NCBI GenBank assembly: GCA_040005235.1
Contig: JBDTZG010000082.1
Location: 1 to 19,394 of the forward strand
Reading direction: 5' to 3'
Origin: Acidobacteriota bacterium
GTDB lineage: Bacteria > Acidobacteriota > Thermoanaerobaculia > Multivoradales > UBA5704
Length of the DNA: 19,394 nt
The first letter of the stretch is position 1. Every line of letters starts with the position of its first letter. The notes under the pieces are model-generated. The model worked only from the letters and a program-made list of their open reading frames with translations, made no database searches and had not been told where the DNA came from. This document shows positions 1 to 8,300 of the stretch, in pieces. A program made the translations under genes and the position numbers.

Positions 1-57
1 GAACCGCTGACCTCTACGATGTCAACGTAGCGCTCTAACCAACTGAGCTACGGGCCT
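1..57 (-). tRNA. tRNA-Val(GAC), 3' end beyond the window edge
   Basis: Reverse complement reads AGGCCCG-TA-GCTC-AGTTGGTTA-GAGC-G-CTACG-TTGACAT-CGTAG-AGGTC-AGCGG-TTC: D arm, 5-bp anticodon stem with GAC, start of T loop. Confidence 0.96.
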
Positions 58-96
58 AAGATGTCCTCGGTTGCGCTGCTTGCTACCGGGGACGGG

Positions 97-105
97 AAGT
101 TAGCA
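97..105 (-). promoter_or_regulatory. Putative extended -10 (TGcTAACTT) for the tRNA
   Basis: TGn-TAnnnT motif about 40 nt upstream of the tRNA 5' end. Confidence 0.4.
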
Positions 106-185
106 GAGGCTAGAAGAGAGTGTCAATGGCGGGCGGACTCAGGGTCGTCGTGCCATTTCGACGACGAGTGTCGTAAAATCATCCG

Positions 186-461
186 ATGAACGCCGCCCCC
201 CATCCTCGCTACAGCAAGGAAGAGTTCGCCCGTCGGGGCAACGAGATCTATGAGCGCGAGGTGCATCCCCAGCTCAGCGCACAGGATGAGGGCAAGTTCG
301 TCGCCATCGACATCGAAACCGGGGCATTCGAAACCGAAGCCGACGAGATCGCCGCCTCGCATCGGCTGCTCGCGCATAACCCGGAAGCCCAGATCTGGTT
401 CCGGCTTGTCGGATCACCCTATACCCGACGCTTCGGCCCCCGCAGCAGATTCGCCGCCTAG
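186..461 (+). CDS. Small DUF5678-like protein (91 aa)
   Basis: YSKEEFARRGNEIYE...GKFVAIDIETGAFE...IWFRLVG pattern, typical of small proteins encoded just upstream of clan AA aspartic proteases; TAAAAT 6 nt before the ATG. Confidence 0.8.
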   Translation: MNAAPHPRYSKEEFARRGNEIYEREVHPQLSAQDEGKFVAIDIETGAFETEADEIAASHRLLAHNPEAQIWFRLVGSPYTRRFGPRSRFAA

Positions 462-462
462 C

Positions 463-582
463 GCGATTGACGTGGCGGAGACCGACCCTCTGCTCGGAAT
501 CGGCTTGCTACTCGGCAAAGAGCTGACCGTTCAGGTGATTGCCGGCGGGACTGTGGCGCTCCAGAAGCTGATGTTGGCCTAA
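463..582 (+). pseudogene. C-terminal remnant of a clan AA (retropepsin-like) aspartic protease
   Basis: AIDVAETDPLLGIGLLLGKELTVQVIAGGTVALQKL resembles the C-terminal PLLG-x-x-LL / GG-x-V strands of this family. The catalytic DTG-bearing N-terminal part is absent. Confidence 0.65.
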
Positions 583-619
583 CTGCCTCCCAATCCTCAC
601 AATCCTAAATGCCAAGGGC

Positions 620-680
620 GTAGAGACGCTCCAGTACCCCTCCACGACAGAACCGGGTGCTGGCCGTCGGGGCGTCTCCC
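620..680. repeat. REP-like imperfect inverted repeat beginning GTAG
   Basis: GAGACGCTCC (623-632) pairs with GGGGCGTCTC (669-678) at 9/10 positions plus one G-T; GTAG at 620-623. Confidence 0.4.
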
Positions 681-725
681 GCAGGCCACAAACGCCCGTC
701 AGACAAGTCCCGAAGAACACCCCGC

Positions 726-1208
726 AGCATCCGGCAAGCGTTGGGTGGAGTCCGAGGACCGCCTTACAGCATCGGGGAAGCGCTGGATCGATTCCCGGCA
801 CCGCTTTACAGAATCCCGCAAGTGGTGGACCGGATTCCGGCACCGCCTCACAGCAAGCCGGAAGCGGTGCGCGGAAGCCACCTAGCAGTCCGTGGATCCC
901 GCCCAGCGGTACGCGGAAGCCGTCAGGCGGTACGCGGTAGCCGTCGAGCACAGCGCGGAAGCCGTCACGCATAGCGCGGAAGCCGTCGAGCAGAGCGCGG
1001 AAGCCGTCACGCATAGCGCGGAAGCCGCCCACCAGTTCGCCGAGGCTACACAGCAGTAGGGGGATCTCGCCCATCGGTACGCGGGAGCCGCCCACCCGTT
1101 GGCGGAAGCCGTCCACCAGTTCGCAGAAGCCGCCGAGCAGTAGGCGGATCCCGACCAGCGGTGCGCGGAAGCCATCAAGCGGTGCATGGACTCGGCACGG
1201 CGGTCCCG
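726..1208. repeat. Degenerate 21-bp tandem array, 23 units, with partial 42-bp higher-order periodicity
   Basis: Unbroken 21-nt register, consensus about GGAAGCCGTCnAGCGGTnCGC. Units 12 and 14 (957-977, 999-1019) are identical: GGAAGCCGTCACGCATAGCGC. Confidence 0.9.
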
Positions 1209-1333
1209 GCAATGGACTGGCGACCTGGGCCGGAGAGATCAATCCTCCGGGAGACAGCGAGGGATTCGCCACGGAGCTGAGCGTCCTTGAAACACTGGAC
1301 GATCGCTGGCTCGCCCCCAATCGCTCAAGTTGA

Positions 1334-1747
1334 TTACTCCCCCACGATCGCGAACTCCCGCCGAAAAAGAGGCCACGCATCCCACAGGTAGAGGCCGAAC
1401 GGCAGCCACCAGATGAAATCGTTGGTGACGCAAAGGACGATTGAAGCCAAGGGCCATTCGCCGCGCCAAATCAGAGCCGCGAGCCCGATCGGGCCGAGAA
1501 CCTTTCCCGTCAACCCAACCGCCGCAAGCAGCCAACCCCGCTCCGGCACCCGGGCGACCTCCAGGTACAGGATGCCGTACAGACCGATCACCATCGCCAA
1601 GCAGGCAAAGATCGAAGGATGATTGAGGGGAGCCAACCCGCTCCACCGGAACAGCCACTGCGGATCGAGAGCGGAGAAGATCCCCCAGGCGATGTTGTAG
1701 AGGCCCGCGGCGAGGAAGACCCGGCGGTGAAATCGGCGGCGGGGCAT
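1334..1747 (-). CDS. Conserved hypothetical membrane protein with about 4 TM helices (137 aa)
   Basis: Hydrophobic helices with AGLYNIAWG, MVIGLYG, VGLTGKVLGPIG and NDFIWWLPF motifs; TAAACT 9 nt before the ATG. Confidence 0.85.
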   Translation of the reverse strand: MPRRRFHRRVFLAAGLYNIAWGIFSALDPQWLFRWSGLAPLNHPSIFACLAMVIGLYGILYLEVARVPERGWLLAAVGLTGKVLGPIGLAALIWRGEWPLASIVLCVTNDFIWWLPFGLYLWDAWPLFRREFAIVGE

Positions 1748-1876
1748 GGTGGGGCGAGTTTAGCGCGGCGCCGCCGATCAGGGAGTCGTCGCGGCATGGC
1801 GGACGGCTCGATTCCGTTGAGCCAGGGCACTTTATAGGTTGAAGCCGTCTGGACCTGAAGGTCCAAGGAGACCCCG

Positions 1877-2044
1877 ATGAAAAAGCGTTCGAGCAAGGTG
1901 CGCCTGTCGAAGGAAACCGTCACCATCCTTCTCTCCATCGACCCCTTGGACCGGGTTCATGGCGGCAGCGAGCCTACCGGCCCCCGCGCTCAAAGTTTCT
2001 GCGTCGAGTGCTACTGGCCCTCGATCAATTATCCCTGCGACTAA
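1877..2044 (+). CDS. Putative RiPP (class I lanthipeptide-like) precursor peptide, 55 aa
   Basis: MKKRSSKVRLSKETVTILLSIDPLDRVHGG|SEPTGPRAQSFCVECYWPSINYPCD*; AAGGAG at 1865-1870; basic N-terminus, VxLxKETV leader motif, V-x-GG site, Cys/Ser/Thr core. Confidence 0.8.
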   Translation: MKKRSSKVRLSKETVTILLSIDPLDRVHGGSEPTGPRAQSFCVECYWPSINYPCD

Positions 2045-2077
2045 ACAGTCGTCCGACGCTCGATTTCAAGGAGCCGC

Positions 2078-2095
2078 CGGGGATGAATCTCCCCG
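2078..2095. terminator. Short hairpin between convergent genes
   Basis: CGGGGA-tgaatc-TCCCCG; no adjacent U-tract. A second hairpin, GCCTCC-aga-GGAGGC, lies at 2167-2181. Confidence 0.3.
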
Positions 2096-2240
2096 AGAAG
2101 GTGTTGCGTTTTGTTTAGACGGTGCGGGACCTACGTAGACAGTAGCGGGCCCGTACGATAAATCGCGCCTCCAGAGGAGGCTTCGCCTGTTGGGTGATCG
2201 TCGTCCTCATGACGAATCAAGGTCACAAGAGAATGCGCCC

Positions 2241-2438
2241 TTACCCGCCGCGAATCGCCTGGCCCTTGGCGAGCCCCTGAAGGCCCCGCATCTCCTCAAC
2301 GGTCTCTTCCAGCCACTGCAATCGCTCCGCAGGGCTCATGCGGAGCCCCATCTCCAGGTGGTGACGCCGGGCGCCGGCAAAGTCCCAGCCGGACAGATCC
2401 GGTTTAGGAGGCTGCAAGAGTTTCTTTGGATCGTCCAT
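2241..2438 (-). CDS. Small helical partner of the nucleotidyltransferase (65 aa), possible TA component
   Basis: MSPAERLQWLEE motif; GGAGG RBS; starts 11 nt after the NTase stop. Confidence 0.75.
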   Translation of the reverse strand: MDDPKKLLQPPKPDLSGWDFAGARRHHLEMGLRMSPAERLQWLEETVEEMRGLQGLAKGQAIRGG

Positions 2439-2449
2439 GAGCCTCCAGA

Positions 2450-2944
2450 TCAGCTCTCGCGCCCAAGCGATTTAAACGCCTCGATGTCAAGCAGGTCTTG
2501 CTCCCTCGCAGCACTTCTCTTCAGCGCCAACAGGTCGGAGAGAGCAACGACCCGCGCCGCCGTCGTGGGTAACTCTACCCGCACCGCCCGGGCGAACACG
2601 ACATCAAAGTCGAAGGGTTCTTCGACAAAGAGGTCAACCGCGAAGCCCTGGAGTTTGGGATTCCAAAGGGAAAAGACCGTCATGTTCTTCTCCCGAACCC
2701 AAGATCGGCGGCGTTCTGGATCGGCAAACAGGGCCAAAGGGACGGGAGCTTGAGGCTCGAAGCCCAGCCCGGCCAGGGCCGCCAGCGCCCGTTCAAGGTT
2801 CTCCCGCTCCAGGTGGATCACCAAATCGAGGTCCAGCGTCGTCCGGAGGTGGCCGTGGAGCACGACGGCAACACCGCCGACGATCAGGTAGCGGACCTGT
2901 GCCTCCTCCAAGGCTTTGATGACGAACTCGACGCGACCTTGCAT
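2450..2944 (-). CDS. Pol-beta-superfamily nucleotidyltransferase (DUF6036/AbiEii-like), 164 aa
   Basis: YLIVGGVAVVLHG, RTTLDLDL (DxD), VDLF, LLALKRSAAREQDLLDI. Start placed at ATG 2944; the extension to 3280 does not look protein-like. Confidence 0.88.
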   Translation of the reverse strand: MQGRVEFVIKALEEAQVRYLIVGGVAVVLHGHLRTTLDLDLVIHLERENLERALAALAGLGFEPQAPVPLALFADPERRRSWVREKNMTVFSLWNPKLQGFAVDLFVEEPFDFDVVFARAVRVELPTTAARVVALSDLLALKRSAAREQDLLDIEAFKSLGRES

Positions 2945-2967
2945 GCGCGCCAAGTGTACGTCGTCCG

Positions 2968-3287
2968 ATCCTCGCTCGCTTCGAGGAATCCGATCGGGAA
3001 GAGCCCGCGAGCGTCTGGATTGCGGAGAAAGGCTCCAATCTTCGAGCGGGCTCTGCGCCGGATCTCGACTGGGCCTCCAGCGCCGACCGTGCGCAGTGGC
3101 CGCCCCATACCATCCGCTACACGGTCGTTCGGTCGGGCGCCAACCGGCTGATACTCGAAGTCCATATCCGACTTGACTCGGTCTCCTCCCCGAAAGCCGC
3201 GGCGGCTCAGTGGAGTGCTGGACGTTGGCCAAGAAAGGCGGGCGCTGGAGCGTGACGAAGCGGGAGACGACGATGAACATCGATTGA
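2968..3287 (+). pseudogene. Possible 5'-truncated, frameshifted gene remnant
   Basis: One frame gives HTIRYTVVRSGANRLILEVHIRL; after a shift near 3175 another gives GGSVECWTLAKKGGRWSVTKRETTMNID*. No start codon found. Confidence 0.3.
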
Positions 3288-3309
3288 ACCCGCGCTCAAT
3301 CTCGGGTTC
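3286..3309. terminator. Hairpin downstream of the protease gene cluster
   Basis: GAACCCG-cgctcaatct-CGGGTTC, 7-bp stem. Confidence 0.3.
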
Positions 3310-3411
3310 CGAGCGGGCAGGTCTGCCTCAGCACCTTTCTTCATCTACAGCGGGTCCCCGAGCTTTCGTCGTCGCCAGGGCAGAACCGGATCGGCGGACA
3401 GGCATCTTCGG

Positions 3412-4311
3412 TCAGATCGCTTTGATCCTCAACGTGTTGCTAGAATTCTGGCTTAAACGGCAGAGAACCCAATCCATCGGATTGACGGCGAAATACTCTT
3501 GATCTTCATCAAAGCCCATCCAAATTCCCACCGCATCGCCATTCTTGGTCACCAGCGAGCCAGAATCACCAGGCTTGGCAAATACCCTCCCATCCTTGTT
3601 GGTGACGATAATCTGGTGTTCAAACTTTACACCCTTCAAACCTCCCGCATCAATCAAAACGCAGGCCTCGGTAACAAATACCTCACCTACTGTTCTCGAA
3701 GTCTTCTGGCCGCACTTCTCGACGATATCTCGATACGCCACGCTAACGAGTCTTCCGGTGAGCCTGTCGGCCGTGTTACAAAAAGAGCCTGAGCGGTCAT
3801 CCGTTGTATTCAACAATCTTATCAGTGCTGCATCCACTACCTTCGACGACACCTGTGGATCGGAAAGGTCACCAATCGCCGCCACACTGCCTATCACCTT
3901 GCTTCCTGACTTCGCTTCGCTCCTGACTCCTCCATTTGAGTGCTGTGAACTGACTAAAAATCGCTCGTCGCGCTCGTTGAGCAGGAAGCAGCCGACCGAA
4001 CCGCCACCGACTCTGGAGCCTCTCCGAAGGCCAACGGCTCCAGAATCAACAGGAAGCTCACTCGACTCTTCAGAAATAAAATCGTGAGCGTAGTCGGCAA
4101 TGAAGTTGCCTTTTCGGGTCGCAACCCGGCTGCTCAAGTGTGCACCGAGATTCTGCCGCCAAGTCTCGACTGCCGGAGTCAATGCAGACACAAAGACCAC
4201 CAGACTGTCTTCGCCCTGATATCCCACTCCTGTGAACTCAATAGCTTCCTCACACTCTTGCGACAGGCAGTAGCAAATTCTTTTTTGGAGCCGATCAATC
4301 TCTGCATTCAT
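3412..4311 (-). CDS. Nal1-like trypsin-fold (S1) serine protease, 299 aa
   Basis: GSVGCFL...FLVSSQH (His), VDAALIRL (Asp), VEKCGQKTSRTVGEV, FAKPGDSGSLV (Ser); N-terminal TGVGY...LVVFVS region; no signal peptide; AGGAG RBS overlapping the upstream stop. Confidence 0.88.
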   Translation of the reverse strand: MNAEIDRLQKRICYCLSQECEEAIEFTGVGYQGEDSLVVFVSALTPAVETWRQNLGAHLSSRVATRKGNFIADYAHDFISEESSELPVDSGAVGLRRGSRVGGGSVGCFLLNERDERFLVSSQHSNGGVRSEAKSGSKVIGSVAAIGDLSDPQVSSKVVDAALIRLLNTTDDRSGSFCNTADRLTGRLVSVAYRDIVEKCGQKTSRTVGEVFVTEACVLIDAGGLKGVKFEHQIIVTNKDGRVFAKPGDSGSLVTKNGDAVGIWMGFDEDQEYFAVNPMDWVLCRLSQNSSNTLRIKAI

Positions 4312-4320
4312 GCCTCGCTC

Positions 4321-5373
4321 CTAACGAAAACCGCGCATAACCTTCGGCGAGCAGGGACGAAGTGAGTCACCCCCCGTCCCCTCGTTCACCAACGGTACCG
4401 GACCAGATCTTTTCCCATGGGAGAGATAGTAGAAGCCCTCGAAATCTGGGTCCGGAAGGTCATTAGAAAAAGGGCCTTCGTTTAATCCAAGCGCAGTTTC
4501 CGGCTCCTCATTTCCTATCTCAACCGTTATGACCTTGTTCTTCTCATTCTTAAAAGTTATGGAGCCGTCAGTCTCATTTTCTCCTCGAAGCGCTATGCCG
4601 ATCGTGATCGTATCCCCTTCAAATGGAACCTCCAGAACGGTCTTATTTCCAACAGCGAGCCCCCAAACACGCTCGCTGAATACGAGCTGCCGCCTTAACC
4701 TCGACCAATTTGACAATCCAAACTGCCAAGAATCGATTTTTAGATCTTTACCGTTAAACAAGGTCTCGTGCAAGCCTCCGAGCGAGAGAGTTCCACGTTC
4801 GAAGTACACAGTTGAGACTACGGGCTTCTCCTTTAAATTATAGTCAGTGCGGGGATCGAATACTGGTTGGACATCGTGGTGCCTGCTTTCCTTAGAGAGC
4901 CTTTCGGCGTGAGGTATCCACCAGAGTGAACTCTTCTCATCCGCGGTCTGAGGAATCTTCATGTTCTTAGGGTACACTTTGTTTTTGCAGACCAACTTCT
5001 CCGATGCTCCATAAGGAACCTTGACATGCTCGTGCTTGAGCAAGAGCATCCCCATCTGTGTGCTGGATCGAAAGAACCAATGCTCCACTTCACGGTTGTA
5101 TACACTATCGAAATCTTCGTACCGAAATGTGAGATGAGGAATGTGCGTTGCTCTAAAAGCGGGTGGCACACAAATTCCCTTTCCCCATGAAGCAAAGTCC
5201 GGACGCAAAAGGTTCGGCATAAGAATCGCCATTTGCGTAGGCGACCCTTCCTTCCAGTGATCTCCGTATGGTACAAACAACGGCTTGTCTGGAACGAAGG
5301 CGATGGCACCGGTAAATTCGATGCGGAGCACCGATTTGTCAGCAGCCGCTGGATCCTGCGCGATTGTTCCCAC
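4321..5373 (-). CDS. Hypothetical beta-rich protein, CHAT-associated (350 aa)
   Basis: Long ORF in a low-GC tract; AGGAGG RBS before GTG; packed 13 nt after the CHAT stop; LRIEFTGAIAFVP, HIPHL, DFEGFYYL and a terminal RPCSP. Confidence 0.88.
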   Translation of the reverse strand: MGTIAQDPAAADKSVLRIEFTGAIAFVPDKPLFVPYGDHWKEGSPTQMAILMPNLLRPDFASWGKGICVPPAFRATHIPHLTFRYEDFDSVYNREVEHWFFRSSTQMGMLLLKHEHVKVPYGASEKLVCKNKVYPKNMKIPQTADEKSSLWWIPHAERLSKESRHHDVQPVFDPRTDYNLKEKPVVSTVYFERGTLSLGGLHETLFNGKDLKIDSWQFGLSNWSRLRRQLVFSERVWGLAVGNKTVLEVPFEGDTITIGIALRGENETDGSITFKNEKNKVITVEIGNEEPETALGLNEGPFSNDLPDPDFEGFYYLSHGKRSGPVPLVNEGTGGDSLRPCSPKVMRGFR

Positions 5374-5386
5374 TGGTCGGACCTCC

Positions 5387-8300
5387 TTATGAAGTGGCCC
5401 CCAGGGATAATAGGGCCGCTGAACAGTAAGGTGCGTTCATTCGTGTTCCGTCTTTCCACCGGCAGGACCGGCGAAGAACAGTGCGCATTGCATTTGCAAC
5501 ATCCGCGTCCTTTTCTAATTCGCGATGCGTCTCCAGCGTTAGCGCAAGCGTCGAACGATCGCCAATTTGCCACAAACTCCCTACCACCGCCGGCACCCCC
5601 GCAGCTAAGAAAGGTCGCGCCAAGCCTACCACCCCTTCTCCTTCCGGATTCTCTCCCGCGCTCTCGCAAGCCGCGAGGATGGCGAGCCGGGTCCTGGGCA
5701 GATCGAGCGCCGCGAAATCTCTTAGGGTGCGCGCTCCGCGGGCTCCCGGATCGGCGAAGAGGAGGAAAGAGCGGAACGGATCGACGGGATCGGGCGCGGC
5801 GTGCATCCCGAGATGGATCACGTCGGCATCGAGGGCCGCCTTGCGGAAGGCGTCCCAGGTGGCCCTCTTGTCGGTAAGGACCGTCGCGTTCGAACCGTAG
5901 AGCGCTCCGATCTCGGCGGCTTCTTTTCGGGCCGCGGGCAGGCGCGTGAATCGCGGCCACTCCTTGGAATCGAATGCCGGATCGCCGACGACCAGGATTC
6001 GTATCGGGCCTTTGGAGTCTAGCTCTTGGGATCGCGCCAGGGCGCGGAGGTAGAAGCTCGCACTCGGGTCCACCAACACCGCCCGGTCCTCGACCACGTA
6101 ACGGTCGCGCTCCCGGTCCCTTAGTCCGGACCAGGGAACCTGGCTTAAGGGACCGTCGGGTACGACCACCAGCGTCCGCTCCGGGCCGAGCCGGCTGTAG
6201 TAAGGCCGGAGCAGGAGGTCGAACAGGCGGGCCGAGCTTTCCTTCCAGGCCTCGTCAGTCAAGGTTCCTTTAGTCGGATCGAGGCTTTCGACGAGGCGCG
6301 TGAGCCCTTCCCGCGATGCCTTCGTCGAGAAGCTAGCCACCCCTTCGGGAGCGACCCACCAGGAGAGGATTCGATCGTCGAAGACGGCGAACTCGACCAG
6401 GACCGTGTCGGCCGGCAGGGCGGCGCGAAGCGCTCCAAGAGCCGGCGGCTGGTACAGACTTCCGGCGTCAAGCTGGCCGGCGCGGGACGGAGGGTGGGGA
6501 GCGAGCAGCTCGCGGGCCGTCTCCGCGTAGGCGAAAGCCCGCCAGGGCCGGCGCGCCTCGACCGCCTGGAAGCGCACCATCTCGGAAAACGCGCGGCGAG
6601 TCTCGCGGCCGAAGGTGTAGCGATCTTCGTCTCCAGCTCCGTCGAGCCAACCCTGTCCACCTCGTTCGGCGTAGGCGACCAGGGCCCCCAGATCCGCCTC
6701 AGCTCCTGCGAGATTCCCGGCCGCGACGTGCGCCCGGGAGCGGACCGCCCGCGTCGCGCCGTCGAGCACCCCTTGCCCCGTCTTCGCATAGTGGTCCACC
6801 GCGCGATCGAGTTTCGCTACGGCTTCCGTCGGCGCCCGCTCGATGTCGAGAGCCCCCTCGATCCGAAACAGATCGGCTTGCGTCCGGGCTTGGTCACCGG
6901 CGTCCGTGATCGAGGTCACCTTCCGCCGGACCTGGGCGAGATCCGCTCCGGCTTTGGTCGAATCGCCGAGCGCCGCATGAAGCGAAGCGCGCAAAAGCAG
7001 CGACTCATTGACCGCGTTCGGATCGCCCTGTTCGGCGGCGGCCCGTTGCATTTCCTCTTGGAACGCAAGCCCGCCGCGGAACCGTCCTTTCGCCTGGGCA
7101 AAGTAGGCGAGCTGGCCCCAGATCGTCCGGCGCCGGTAAGGATCGCTCACTTGGGGCGCCACCTCTACCGCCCTCAGGTAGGTGCGCCAGGCTTCCCTTC
7201 CGCGGCCGAGCTTTTCGAGCGCCTGAGCGAGCAGGCTGTCGGCCGTGGCGCATCGATCGATCTCGCCGAGCCGGGCGTAGAGATCGCGGCTGAGGCGATA
7301 CTCCGCGGCCTGATCGAACGGTCGGCCGTCGCGGCCTGCGATCACTGCACGAATCCAAGCGGCAAGGGCCAAGAGTCCCGGTTCATCGCGGCTCTTGAGA
7401 AGCGCCTCGACCGCGTCGATGCGATCGGCTGCCTCCTTCGGCCGGCCGGCGTTGTTCTCGGCAGCGGCCCGGTAAAGCTCGACTTCGAACGCTTGCGGCA
7501 GACCCGCGGCGGCAAGGTCTTTCTGCGCGAGCGCGAACATCGAAATCGCCCGCTCATTGTCGAAGGCTCGATAGACAGGAAAGGCATCGGCGAACTCGCT
7601 TAAGCCCCGGGCCGCTCTCTCCCGCCGGGCTACATCGGCCCCACGGACGATCGCCACGGCGTCGGCCGCGAAAGAATCGCCTCGCCCCGCAAGGGGCGCG
7701 GCGAGCGCCGATGCCGCGGCCAGATGACGATCCGCTTCGCCCGGGCGCCCGGCCATGATCGCTCGGCCCCAGGCCCAGAGAAGGTCGCGCCCCGCAAGCT
7801 CACGGGCACGCTGCGGATCGACCCTCGCCAGTTTCGCCGCCGCCTGGGCATCGCCCCGGAGCGCCGCGGCTTCGAGCCCCTTCTCCAGCGGTGAGGGGCC
7901 GGTCTTCTGCGCGAGCGCCGTTCGCCGTTCCGCCGCTTCAGCCGCCCACTCCCGATCCGGATCGAGCGCTTCGACCTCCTCCCAGGCGACCGCGGCTTGG
8001 CCGTCGAGATGGAGCGCTTCGAGGGCGAGCGCTCGGTTGAACCGCGCTTCCGGCGAGGGCGAGAGAGCGAGCGACCGCGAGGCGGCTTCCAGCGCGTCGA
8101 GCTCGTCCAATCCGCCTTCCGAGCCTCCCGGGCATTTTCGGAACAGGGGGGAGGCGGGATTGCGCTCCGCTTCCACCGCCACCAGATGCGCCGCGGCGAG
8201 GTCGTTCCACAAGCGGGGATCCGCCGCGTTGGAGGTCACGGCTCGTTCAAGGCGGCGAACCGCTCCTCGCGGACAGCCGGCCAAGAGCGTCTGGGCGGCC

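Noticed and set aside
1-57. tRNA as the integration site of an island covering this window
   Set aside because: The window lies on the tRNA 5' side; no integrase or duplicated tRNA 3' end was seen.
726-1208. CRISPR array
   Set aside because: Units are contiguous 21-mers with no constant repeat plus unique 30-40 nt spacer, and no cas genes are present.
508-1380. 290-aa minus-strand ORF and the other ORFs over the repeat as real genes
   Set aside because: They overlap neighbouring genes, lack RBS support and are explained by a GC-rich repeat with a period divisible by three. Not fully excluded.
2945-3280. 112-aa N-terminal extension of the NTase
   Set aside because: Non-protein-like Arg/Pro/Ser composition; family motifs start at Met 2944, which has a -10-like hexamer just upstream.
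4321-5373. Bacterial gasdermin or Csx30 call
   Set aside because: The context is suggestive, but there is no N-terminal Cys or other recognisable gasdermin feature and no type III-E cas gene.
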